Part shown: piece by piece, positions 28,902-37,607 of the stretch | How positions within the stretch are numbered: the stretch's first letter is position 1 | Layout: every line of letters starts with the position of its first letter | NCBI GenBank assembly: GCA_963666515.2 | Contig: OY762897.2 | Coordinates: forward strand, 1,824,001 to 1,888,000 | Length of the DNA: 64,000 nucleotides | Direction: 5' to 3' | Origin: Candidatus Binatia bacterium | GTDB lineage: Bacteria > Desulfobacterota > Binatia > UBA9968 > JAJDTQ01 | Program-made: the position numbers and the translations under genes | Notes under the pieces: generated by a model | The model's input: the letters and a program-made list of their open reading frames with translations, nothing else | What the model was told of the DNA's origin: nothing | The model's database searches: none

Positions 28902-29294
28902 CTATGGTACACGCACCAACGCGACATCGTACGCTTCAAGCGTTGCGTCCGCGGTAACCAGCGTCAAACCCTCGATCCGGGCCTGGGCGACCAGGACGCG
29001 GTCAAACGGGTCGCGATGCAGCAGCGGCAAGGCCGCCACGGCGAGCGCATGCGCATGCGTGATGGCGAGACCCTCAAAACCGCTGAGCCGCATGCGCTGG
29101 GGCACGTAAATGGCCGGCGGCTCGGGAAGCGGCAACTTGCCGACGGCATACTTGATGGAGATTTCCCACGCGCTTGCCGCGGACAGATACCTCTCGGTCT
29201 CAGGATCGGCCAGCGTTTCGAGCAGGTCGACGTCGAATCGGCTGCGTTCCGTCTGAAGCCAGAGCCAACAGTGGGTATCGAGGAGAAACTTCAT
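28902..29294 (-). CDS. vapC: VapC PIN-domain toxin
   Basis: LLDTHCWLW, SAASAWEISIK, HRDPFDRVLVAQA, LVTAD. Confidence 0.92.
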   Translation of the reverse strand: MKFLLDTHCWLWLQTERSRFDVDLLETLADPETERYLSAASAWEISIKYAVGKLPLPEPPAIYVPQRMRLSGFEGLAITHAHALAVAALPLLHRDPFDRVLVAQARIEGLTLVTADATLEAYDVALVRVP

Positions 29295-29353
29295 CCGTGC
29301 CAGCCGCTACGGAGTCGCAGGTCGTATTCTCCGCATCAGTGTGAGACAGGACA

Positions 29354-29587
29354 CTAGTCGCGACCCTCGAATGCGCGCAGCAGATCCTCGTCGAGAGGCT
29401 CATCGAAGTCGTCGGGGACCACGAAACGTCCCTCATCTACGCCGAACACGGGGCTCTTCCGCTCAATGGGAACCAGACGGGCCACGGGACGCCCCGAGCG
29501 GGTGATGACGACATCTTCCCCCTCGACAACCTCTCGCAGCAGCCGGGACAGGTGGGTTTTGGCCTCGTGGACAGTCACTTGGTGCAT
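29354..29587 (-). CDS. Phd/YefM family antitoxin
   Basis: VTVHEAKTHLSRLL.EV..GEDVVITRSGRPVARLVP...PDDFDEPL. Confidence 0.9.
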   Translation of the reverse strand: MHQVTVHEAKTHLSRLLREVVEGEDVVITRSGRPVARLVPIERKSPVFGVDEGRFVVPDDFDEPLDEDLLRAFEGRD

Positions 29588-29622
29588 AGTCACAAAATAG
29601 ACTAACCATATGACTAAATCAA
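29588..29622 (-). promoter_or_regulatory. Leaderless TA promoter with TTAGTC operator repeats
   Basis: TTGATT-17-TATTTT-6nt-ATG; TTAGTC direct repeat and AGTC/GACT inverted repeat overlap the promoter. Confidence 0.6.
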
Positions 29623-29687
29623 ACGAACTCCGCGTAGGGCGATTTCGCATTTGTTGCAGGCGTCCGCGAACGTGGCATACTATGGCC

Positions 29688-30025
29688 ATGCGCTTTTTCA
29701 ACACCACCGGGCCGGTCGTTCCCGCCGACCACTACTGCATCCGGCCCCTGGAGCGCCTGAATCTCGACGAAGTCCTCACCCTCGTCCGCGACAAGCGCTA
29801 CTTCGTGCTGCACGCGCCGCGGCAGACCGGCAAGACGTCCGCCCTGCTGGCGTTGCGGGAGTTGCTGAACGGTGGCTCCGAAGGCGGCTACCGTTGCGTG
29901 TACGCCAACGTCGAGGGCGCCCAGGCGATGCGCGAGGACGTGGCCGAGGCCATGCGGAGGGCGGTCTGGAGGTGGAGAAGCTGCTGGCGGCTTTCCAGAC
30001 GTTTTTCCGGGAGCACTCGGAGCAC
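29688..30025 (+). pseudogene. Internally deleted, truncated copy of the AAA-ATPase gene at 31849
   Basis: 29646-29956 is near-identical to 31807-32117; it then jumps via a GCG microhomology to sequence matching 32986-33054, which shifts the frame. Confidence 0.9.
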
Positions 30026-30103
30026 AAGGGCCGCCGATCTACCCGGAGCGTTTCGCGATCGGCGACCGGGAAGGTTCGGAACAAACGCGAACCCTTGGCA
30101 GCA

Positions 30104-31693
30104 TCAACCGACATCCGCCACCTCGAACTCGGTCAGGTTGCGCGCATCGCGGCTGAACTCGACGGCGATCAGATGGATGGGCTGCCCCGTGCCCCGGTAA
30201 CGGTCGGCATAACCCCTTGCGCGCAACTGTGCCATGGCCGAACCCGGCGGCGAAAGCTCGATCACCTTGAACTCGAACAGGTAGACGTGGCCGTTGAAGC
30301 GCACGGCCATGTCCAGGCGGCCGTGGCTACTGCTTTCCTCCACGGTGACGTCCAGCCCCAGTGCGGCGAAGTAGGAGTAGAAGACACTGGCGTAGTAGCC
30401 CTCGTAGTGGGCGATGTCGTTGTTGGTGTACCACTCGTAAGGGATACTCGCGAAGAATGCGTGGAACAGTTCCTTCATGCCGTCGAAGTCGTTGGCCTCC
30501 AGCAAACGGTACAGCCGGATGCTGTTCGCCATCTGTTGCGTCGCATCCTGCACCCAGTAACGCAGGAGATGTTCGTTGAGACTCTGGCGGACTTCATGGT
30601 TCGGATAGCCCAGCCGGTACACGGCCTTGGTTCCGAGCTTCTCCATCGACTCGATGGTCAGGTAGCCGGTCTGAAACAGCAGCGCCTCGGTTCCGATATG
30701 ATCCACGTCAAAGGCGGACAGAAGCTCCTCGTTGCCCGCCATACCGTCCAGCGCCAGCGATCCGGTCCGCCGCCGGAACAGCGTCTCCACCAGGAACCGG
30801 GGCGTGCCGGTCTCGAACCAGTAGGCGCCGAACTCGCGCCGGCGCAGCAACAGAAGGATGTCGAACGGATTGTATACCTTCTCGTCGCCCAGCCAGTTGT
30901 AACCGTTGTACCAGTCGCGGATCTGGTCCCGGTCGAGGCCGGAAAGCTCGGGCGCGAACACCCGGTCGAGGTCCGCATCCGTGTAGCCGCAAACCGCGGC
31001 GTATTCCGGCTCCAGCGTGATGTCGATGAGATTGTTCAAACCCGAGAACAGGCTCACCTTGGAGAACTTGCTCACGCCTGTGAGAAAGGTGAAGCAGACG
31101 TGCGCGTCCGCGTCCTTGATGGACGCGTACAGCCCGCGCAGAAAGTCGCGGTTGGCCCGGGCCACCGACCTTGTGCCCGTATCGTCCCCAGGCTTGTCCA
31201 TCTCTCCGGCCGCCCCTAACGCATCCAGGATCGGCTTGTCGTACTCATCCACCAGCACCACCGCCGGACGCCCGGCCCGCTCGTGCAAGGCCCGGAGCAC
31301 TGACATGAAGCGGCCCGGCGCCGTGCCATGTCCGGTCTCGATGCCCCAGTCGCGCTCTACCGCGGCGAGTTGTTCCACCGACCTCGCTTCGACTTGGCCC
31401 GGTTGCGTGAAGTCGCCGCTGCCGAAACTCAGGCGCACCACCGGGTAACGCACCGACCAGTCCCACTGTCCGTGAATGGCCAACCCCTCGAACAGGGCCT
31501 CGTTGCCCTCGAACATCTCTTTCAGCGTGTCCAAGAAAAGGCTCTTGCCGAAACGCCGCGGCCGCGAAAGGAAATAGTGCTTGCCGTCGTCGAGCAACCG
31601 CCGGATGTACGGCGTCTTGTCAACGTAGTAGCAGTCTCTCTCCCGAACCTCGCGGAAAGTCTGGATGCCAATGGGCAGCCTGCGCCGGACCAT
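30104..31693 (-). CDS. AAA-ATPase-like protein with C-terminal PD-(D/E)XK nuclease (PF09820/PF08011-type)
   Basis: LPIGIQTF, YYVDKT, FLSRPRRFGKS, VLVDEYDKP, WYNGY, YWFETGTP, GRLDM...YLFEFK...AMAQL. Confidence 0.9.
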   Translation of the reverse strand: MVRRRLPIGIQTFREVRERDCYYVDKTPYIRRLLDDGKHYFLSRPRRFGKSLFLDTLKEMFEGNEALFEGLAIHGQWDWSVRYPVVRLSFGSGDFTQPGQVEARSVEQLAAVERDWGIETGHGTAPGRFMSVLRALHERAGRPAVVLVDEYDKPILDALGAAGEMDKPGDDTGTRSVARANRDFLRGLYASIKDADAHVCFTFLTGVSKFSKVSLFSGLNNLIDITLEPEYAAVCGYTDADLDRVFAPELSGLDRDQIRDWYNGYNWLGDEKVYNPFDILLLLRRREFGAYWFETGTPRFLVETLFRRRTGSLALDGMAGNEELLSAFDVDHIGTEALLFQTGYLTIESMEKLGTKAVYRLGYPNHEVRQSLNEHLLRYWVQDATQQMANSIRLYRLLEANDFDGMKELFHAFFASIPYEWYTNNDIAHYEGYYASVFYSYFAALGLDVTVEESSSHGRLDMAVRFNGHVYLFEFKVIELSPPGSAMAQLRARGYADRYRGTGQPIHLIAVEFSRDARNLTEFEVADVG

Positions 31694-31848
31694 GCGGACA
31701 TCTTACCCCGAAGCCCGGATACAGCAAAGCCGGGCCAAAGCGGTCATCCACGGGCCGGCGGCGGGCTTGGTTGAAGGGGACATTGCCGCCGGGAGGAAGC
31801 CCCGACCGCATTTGTTGCAGGCGTCCGCGAACGTGGCATACTGTGGCC

Positions 31849-33429
31849 ATGCGCTTTTTCAACACCACCGGGCCGGTCGTTCCCGCAGACCACTACTGCA
31901 TCCGGCCCCTGGAGCGCCTGAATATCGACGAAGTCCTCACCCTCGTCCGCGACAAGCGCTGCTTCGTGCTGCACGCGCCGCGTCAGACCGGCAAGACGTC
32001 CGCCCTGCTGGCGTTGCGGGAGTTGCTGAACGGTGGCTCCGAAGGCGGCTACCGTTGCGTGTACGCCAACGTGGAGGGCGCCCAGGCGATGCGCGAGGAC
32101 GTGGCAGAGGCCATGCGATCGATTCTGAGCGAGTTGGCCTTCCGGTCGCGCTCGACGTTGCAAGACGAATTCCCGGGCGAGGTCTGGCCGGAAATCCTGG
32201 CCAGGTCCGGCCCTGGCGCCGCGCTCCGGGAGACGTTGAGCCGCTGGTCCGAGGCCGACCCCAGGCCGCTGGTGCTGCTCATCGACGAGATCGACGCACT
32301 GGTGGGCGACACCCTGCTGTCGGTGCTGCGCCAACTCCGGGCCGGATACGACCTGCGCCCGCGGAGCTTTCCCCAGAGCGTCGTCCTGTGCGGCGTGCGC
32401 GACGTGCGCGACTACCGCATCCATTCGAGCGCGGCGAAGGAGATCATCGCGGGCGGCAGCGCGTTCAACGTCAAGGCCCGCTCACTGCGCCTGGGCGACT
32501 TCTCGCGGGATGAAGTGCTGGCGCTGCTGGCGCAGCATACCGAGGAAACCGGGCAGGCGTTCACCGGGGAGGCCCTGGCCGAGGTGCGGACGCTGACCCA
32601 GGGGCAGCCCTGGCTGGTCAACGCCCTGGCGGACGACGCCTGTTTTCGCAACGAGGCGGGGCGCGACCGCAGCCGTCCCATCACCGGGGCCGCGGTCACC
32701 GAGAGCCGGGAGCGGCTGATCGAGCGCCGGGAGACCCACCTGGACCAGTTGGCGGACAAGCTTCAGGAGGACCGGGTGCGGCGGGTGGTGGGGCCGCTGC
32801 TGAGCGGCGGGGAGGAGCGGGAGTTTTCGGCGCGGGACCTGGAATACGCGCGCGATCTCGGCCTGGTGGCTTGCGACGGCCCACTGCGCATCGCCAACCC
32901 CATCTACGCGGAGGTGGTGCCGCGGGAGTTGACGTATGCGGCCCAAGCGGGGCTGGTGCAGGAACTGGCCTGGTACGTGGACGCGGAGGGCGGTCTGGAG
33001 GTGAGGAAGCTGCTGACGGCTTTCCAGACGTTTTTCCGGGAGCACTCGGAGCACTGGGTGGCGCGGTTCGACTATCAGGAGGCCGGGCCGCAGCTCCTGT
33101 TGCAGGCATTCCTGCAGCGGGTGGTGAACGGCGGCGGTCGCATCGAGCGGGAATACGGGCTGGGCCGGGGCCGCACCGACCTGCTGATCGTGTGGCCGCA
33201 GGGGGAACGGACGCGGAAGTTCGTGATCGAGTGCAAGGTGCTGCACAAAAGCCTGGAGCGCACCATCGGCGACGGGTTGGAGCAGACGGCGGCGTACATG
33301 GACCGCTGCGCCGCGGAAGCGGGCCATCTGGTGATATTCGACCGCGACCCCGGCCGGAGTTGGGACGACAAGGTGTTTCACCGGCGCGAGTCCGCCGGCA
33401 AGGTCGAGATCGAGGTGTGGGGCATGTGA
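31849..33429 (+). CDS. AAA ATPase with C-terminal PD-(D/E)XK nuclease-like domain
   Basis: MRFFNTTGP, HAPRQTGKT Walker A, LLIDEID Walker B, GQPWLVNAL, EREYGLGRGRTDLL...FVIECK...QTAAYM. Confidence 0.88.
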   Translation: MRFFNTTGPVVPADHYCIRPLERLNIDEVLTLVRDKRCFVLHAPRQTGKTSALLALRELLNGGSEGGYRCVYANVEGAQAMREDVAEAMRSILSELAFRSRSTLQDEFPGEVWPEILARSGPGAALRETLSRWSEADPRPLVLLIDEIDALVGDTLLSVLRQLRAGYDLRPRSFPQSVVLCGVRDVRDYRIHSSAAKEIIAGGSAFNVKARSLRLGDFSRDEVLALLAQHTEETGQAFTGEALAEVRTLTQGQPWLVNALADDACFRNEAGRDRSRPITGAAVTESRERLIERRETHLDQLADKLQEDRVRRVVGPLLSGGEEREFSARDLEYARDLGLVACDGPLRIANPIYAEVVPRELTYAAQAGLVQELAWYVDAEGGLEVRKLLTAFQTFFREHSEHWVARFDYQEAGPQLLLQAFLQRVVNGGGRIEREYGLGRGRTDLLIVWPQGERTRKFVIECKVLHKSLERTIGDGLEQTAAYMDRCAAEAGHLVIFDRDPGRSWDDKVFHRRESAGKVEIEVWGM

Positions 33430-33505
33430 ACCGCCCGCGCCCTTCGACAACAGTCTCGCGGCCGCAGTGACCGCAATCCTCAAGGACGACAGAGGGGAGC
33501 CAACC

Positions 33506-34957
33506 ATGAGCGACGTCCGTTTCATCGACACCACCGTGCGCGACGGCAACCAGAGCCTGTGGGCGCTGAACATGCGCACCGACGCCATGCTGGCGGTGGC
33601 GGAGCACATCGACGAAGCCGGGTTCGAGTCGGCCGAGTTCTTCGTCACGGTGATGTTCAAGAAGCTCGTGCGGGAGCAGAAGGAAGACGCCTGGGACTGG
33701 TTCCGGCTGGGGACCAAGCGGTTCCGTAAGACGCCGCTCCGGCTCCACGGCGGGCTCAAGCTCATCGAGAAGATCCCGGTGTGCGTGTTCGAGTTGATGA
33801 TCCAGCGGATCATGGACTACGGCATCACCCTCACCCGCACCTCCAACTCCTGGAACAACTACGACGAGTTCGACGTGGAGAAGACCGAGTTGAAGAAGCT
33901 CGGCATGGACACGGTGGTGAACCTGATCTACTCGGTGTCGCCGCGGCATACCGACGAGTACTACGCGCAGAAGGCCCGGGAGGCCGCGGCCATCAACCCG
34001 GTGCGAATCTGCTTCAAGGACGTGGGCGGGCTGCTGACCCTGGAGCGGGCGCGGACGCTGATCCCCATCGTGCTGGAGAACATCGGCGACACGCCGGTGG
34101 AGTTCCACGCCCACTGCAACAACGGGCTGGCGCCGCTGTGCTACCTCGAGGCCGTGGACATGGGCATGACCACGCTCCATACCGGCATCCCGCCATTGGC
34201 CAACGGTTCGGCGCAGCCGTCGATCTTCAACGTGGCGCGGAACCTGCGCGCCATGGGCCACAACCCGCTCATCGACGAGGAAGTGCTGCGGCCGGTGACC
34301 GAGAAGCTCCACTACATCGCCCGGCGGGACAACCTGCCGGTGGGCCGGGTGGTGGAGTACGACGAGTCCCAGTACACGCACCAGGTGCCGGGCGGCATGA
34401 TCTCCAACTTCCGCCACCAGCTCGCGCTCATCGACATGCGCGAACGGCTCGACGCCATCCTGGAGGAATGCGTCCGGGTGCGCGAAGAGTGGGGCTATCC
34501 CATCATGGTGACGCCGCTGTCCCAGTTCGTGGGCACCCAGGCGGCCATCAACGTCATCTGCGGCGAGCGCTACAAGGAAGTCACCGACCAGGCCATCCAG
34601 TACGCTCTGGGCTACTGGGGCAGGGAGGGCGCCGAGTACATGAACCCCGAGGTCAAGGACAAGATTCTCGGGCGGCCTCGGGCGAAGGAGTGGGAGCACT
34701 GGGAGCTGCCCTCTCCGTCCATTCAGGAGGTGCGCCGGCAGATCGGCGCCACCCACGTGTCGGACGAGGAGTTTCTGTTGTGGGTCTTCGCCGGCGAGGA
34801 GGCCGTGAAAGCGCTGCCGGACGGCGGCAGGCCCCGGGAATACCTGAACGCCGGCACCCCCCTGGTCAGACTGGTAGGCGAACTCACCCGCCAGGACAAG
34901 GCCAATCACATCTACATCCGCAAGCCGGACTTCTCGCTCACGCTGGGGCGGGCGTGA
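33506..34957 (+). CDS. Pyruvate/oxaloacetate carboxyltransferase (pyruvate carboxylase subunit B-like), no biotinyl domain
   Basis: DTTVRDGNQSL, CFKDVGG, FHAHC, HQVPGGMISN, GYPIMVTPLSQFVGTQA; no EAMKM. Confidence 0.88.
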   Translation: MSDVRFIDTTVRDGNQSLWALNMRTDAMLAVAEHIDEAGFESAEFFVTVMFKKLVREQKEDAWDWFRLGTKRFRKTPLRLHGGLKLIEKIPVCVFELMIQRIMDYGITLTRTSNSWNNYDEFDVEKTELKKLGMDTVVNLIYSVSPRHTDEYYAQKAREAAAINPVRICFKDVGGLLTLERARTLIPIVLENIGDTPVEFHAHCNNGLAPLCYLEAVDMGMTTLHTGIPPLANGSAQPSIFNVARNLRAMGHNPLIDEEVLRPVTEKLHYIARRDNLPVGRVVEYDESQYTHQVPGGMISNFRHQLALIDMRERLDAILEECVRVREEWGYPIMVTPLSQFVGTQAAINVICGERYKEVTDQAIQYALGYWGREGAEYMNPEVKDKILGRPRAKEWEHWELPSPSIQEVRRQIGATHVSDEEFLLWVFAGEEAVKALPDGGRPREYLNAGTPLVRLVGELTRQDKANHIYIRKPDFSLTLGRA

Positions 34958-34991
34958 CTGGAGTTGTGATTGTCTGTCGGGGCGTCTCGGA

Positions 34992-35195
34992 TCAGTTGAA
35001 GAAGGCCTTGATGACCAGGCTGGCGACGCCGGCCAGGACGATCGCCAACATGACCTCAACGCGGACCAGACGGTACTCGATGCCTGTGAGGCGAGACTCG
35101 TATCCCGCGATCTCTTCCGCGGCCTCGCGGGCCTTGTCGTCCGGAGCGCCCGCAGCTTTGAGCGCCTCGTACGTCTTGGAAAGCATCATGGCCAT
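34992..35195 (-). CDS. Small protein with coiled coil and C-terminal TM helix (67 aa)
   Basis: MAMMLSKTYEALKAAGAPDDKAREAAEEIA...; promoter TTGCAA-16-TATAAT ends 6 nt before the ATG. Confidence 0.7.
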   Translation of the reverse strand: MAMMLSKTYEALKAAGAPDDKAREAAEEIAGYESRLTGIEYRLVRVEVMLAIVLAGVASLVIKAFFN

Positions 35196-35365
35196 GCTTC
35201 GATTATAGCGATTCACCGGCCACTTGCAAAAGGACAACACGGCGCCGCAAGGAGCCGGTCTCCGAAGTTGAGCGAGATTGACATGCTCCCGGCTATCGGA
35301 TAATCCCGAAGGACGGCTAACCACTGCCCGCGACCGCTCCATTTCATTCTCAGGGAGGGAACGCA

Positions 35366-36475
35366 GTGACCTCAACCAATCCCCGACGCATCATCGACGG
35401 CGACGGCCACGTGGTCGAAGACATTGGCGCCATCATCGACAACATGCCGCCGGAGTACATCGGCAAGACGTTCTCGGAGGCGCGGGCCAAGAGCCCGTTT
35501 CCGCCCATCGACCACCTGCACTCGGCCAACCGCCACTATGTGCCGGAAGGGGCTTTTGCCCAAGTGGGGCCGGAGGGCTGGGAGGTGTTCCTGGACGACG
35601 TGCGCATCGACGCCACGGTGCTCTACACCAGCGCCGGGCTGGCCTTCGGCAAGATCGTCAGCCGGGACTGGGCCATCGAGCTGGCGCGGGCCTACAACAA
35701 CTGGATCCACGAGACCTACGTGGCCCGGAGCCCGCGCTTCCAGGCCATGGGGCTGCTTCCGTTGCAGGAGCCCAAGGCCGCGGCCGAGGAGCTGCGCCGA
35801 ATGGTGGAGGAGCTGGGCCTGTGCGGCGCCATGCTGCCGTCCACCGGCGCCAACATGCCGCACCTGGGCTCGGAGCGCTACTGGCCCATCTACCAGGAAG
35901 CGGAGCGGCTGGGCTGCGCCATCGGCATCCACGGCGGCGCCCACGAGGGCATGCTGATGGACGACATGACGCCGTATGCGCCGATAAACGCCCTGGGACA
36001 TCCTATGGGCCAGATGATCTGCTTCGCCGGGATCGTCTTCAACGGCGTCCTGGACAAGTTTCCGGGGCTGCGAATCGGCTTCCTCGAAGCGGGTTGCGCC
36101 TGGCTGCTCACGTGCCTCGAGCGCTTCAACGGCTCCTGGGCGAGCCACGTGCAGTACGACCCCCGCGGGCGTTTCCTCGATCTAGGCGACGGCATGAACA
36201 TGACCGACTACATCTGCCGCCACATCGACGAGGACCGCATCTTCGTGGGCGTCGAGGGCGACGAGCTGTCCATCGCCGAGGCCGTGCGTGTGGTGGGCAA
36301 CAAGCCGTTCCTGTTCTCCTCGGACTATCCCCACGAGGTGGACGCGGCCACCTGCAAGCACGAGCTGCAGGAGTTGGAGGAGAACGAGGAGTTGAGCGAC
36401 GACGACAAGGACGCCATCCTCTTCCGCAACGCCCAGCGCTTCTACCGGCTGGGCGAGGGCGCGGCGCAGGCGTAA
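35366..36475 (+). CDS. Amidohydrolase_2 family protein
   Basis: IIDGDGHV, ARAYNNW, YWPIYQEA, IGIHGG, GFLEAG, SSDYPHE, NAQRFY. Confidence 0.88.
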   Translation: MTSTNPRRIIDGDGHVVEDIGAIIDNMPPEYIGKTFSEARAKSPFPPIDHLHSANRHYVPEGAFAQVGPEGWEVFLDDVRIDATVLYTSAGLAFGKIVSRDWAIELARAYNNWIHETYVARSPRFQAMGLLPLQEPKAAAEELRRMVEELGLCGAMLPSTGANMPHLGSERYWPIYQEAERLGCAIGIHGGAHEGMLMDDMTPYAPINALGHPMGQMICFAGIVFNGVLDKFPGLRIGFLEAGCAWLLTCLERFNGSWASHVQYDPRGRFLDLGDGMNMTDYICRHIDEDRIFVGVEGDELSIAEAVRVVGNKPFLFSSDYPHEVDAATCKHELQELEENEELSDDDKDAILFRNAQRFYRLGEGAAQA

Positions 36476-36497
36476 GGAAAGGAACGGGAGGCCAACC

Positions 36498-37586
36498 GTG
36501 AACACGTTTCAAGATCAGACGGTGGTGGACGGCGACGGCCACGTGGTGGAAGACCACGAGGCCATCTGGCAGCGCATGCCGGAGGACTACCGGGTCAGCA
36601 ACTGGTCGATGCGCAGTCCCTTCGGGCCCAACGACCACCTGCACTCGACCAACCGTCACTTCGTTCCCGAGGGCGCGTTCGCCAAGGTGGGACCCGACGG
36701 CTGGATCGAGTTCCTGGAGGACGTGGGAGTCGAAAGCACCGTCCTCTACCCTTCCAACGGCCTCACCCTCGGCCGGGTGGTGAGCCGCGACTGGGCCATC
36801 GAGCTGTCGCGCGCCTACAACGACTGGATCCACGACGAGTACACCGGCCGGAGCCCGCGCTTCCAGGCCGTGGGGCTGATCCCGCTGCACGAGCCGGACG
36901 AGGCGGTGGCGGAGCTGCGGCGCATCGTGGAGGAGCTTCACTTCGCCGGCGCCATGCTGCCGGGGACCGGGGCGAGCCAGCTCCAGAACCACTTGGGCGA
37001 CGAGCGCTACTGGCCCATCTACGAAGAAGCGGACCGGCTCGGCTGCGCCCTGGGCATCCACGGCGGCGTGCACGACAACATGGGGCTGGACGACATGAGC
37101 CCGTACGCGCCGGTGAACGCCCTGGGGCACCCCTTCGGACAGATGGTCAACTTCGCCGGCATCGTCTTCAACGGCGTGCTGGACCGCTACCCCAACGCCC
37201 GCTTCGGCTTCCTGGAGGCCGGCGCGGCGTGGTTCGTGAACTGCCTGGAACGCTTCGAGCGCTCCTGGAGCAGCCACGTCCAGTACGACCCCAACGGGCG
37301 CTTCCTCCAGCTCAAGGAAAACGAATCGGTCACCGACTACGTGCTGAAGCACGTGGACGCCGGCCGCATCTTCGTGGGCGTGGAGGGAGACGAGCTGACC
37401 CTGCCCTTCGCGGTGCGCATCGCGGGCAACAAGCCGTTCCTCTACTCTTCCGACTTCCCCCACGAGGTGAACCACGCCACCGCCAAGGAGGAGATCCAGG
37501 AGCTGCGGGAGAACCTCAGGCTCTCGGACGACGACAAGGCCGCGATCCTGCACGGCAACGCCCGGCGCTTCTACCGGCTCGGTTAA
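36498..37586 (+). CDS. Amidohydrolase_2 family protein (tandem paralog)
   Basis: Same motifs as the previous gene and colinear with it over the full length. Confidence 0.88.
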   Translation: MNTFQDQTVVDGDGHVVEDHEAIWQRMPEDYRVSNWSMRSPFGPNDHLHSTNRHFVPEGAFAKVGPDGWIEFLEDVGVESTVLYPSNGLTLGRVVSRDWAIELSRAYNDWIHDEYTGRSPRFQAVGLIPLHEPDEAVAELRRIVEELHFAGAMLPGTGASQLQNHLGDERYWPIYEEADRLGCALGIHGGVHDNMGLDDMSPYAPVNALGHPFGQMVNFAGIVFNGVLDRYPNARFGFLEAGAAWFVNCLERFERSWSSHVQYDPNGRFLQLKENESVTDYVLKHVDAGRIFVGVEGDELTLPFAVRIAGNKPFLYSSDFPHEVNHATAKEEIQELRENLRLSDDDKAAILHGNARRFYRLG

Positions 37587-37607
37587 GGCTCCACCGGGCT
37601 TCTCGAC

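Noticed and set aside
35278-35304. TTGACA...GATAAT promoter for the amidohydrolase pair
   Set aside because: The spacer is only 15 bp, so it is plausible but not supported well enough to list.
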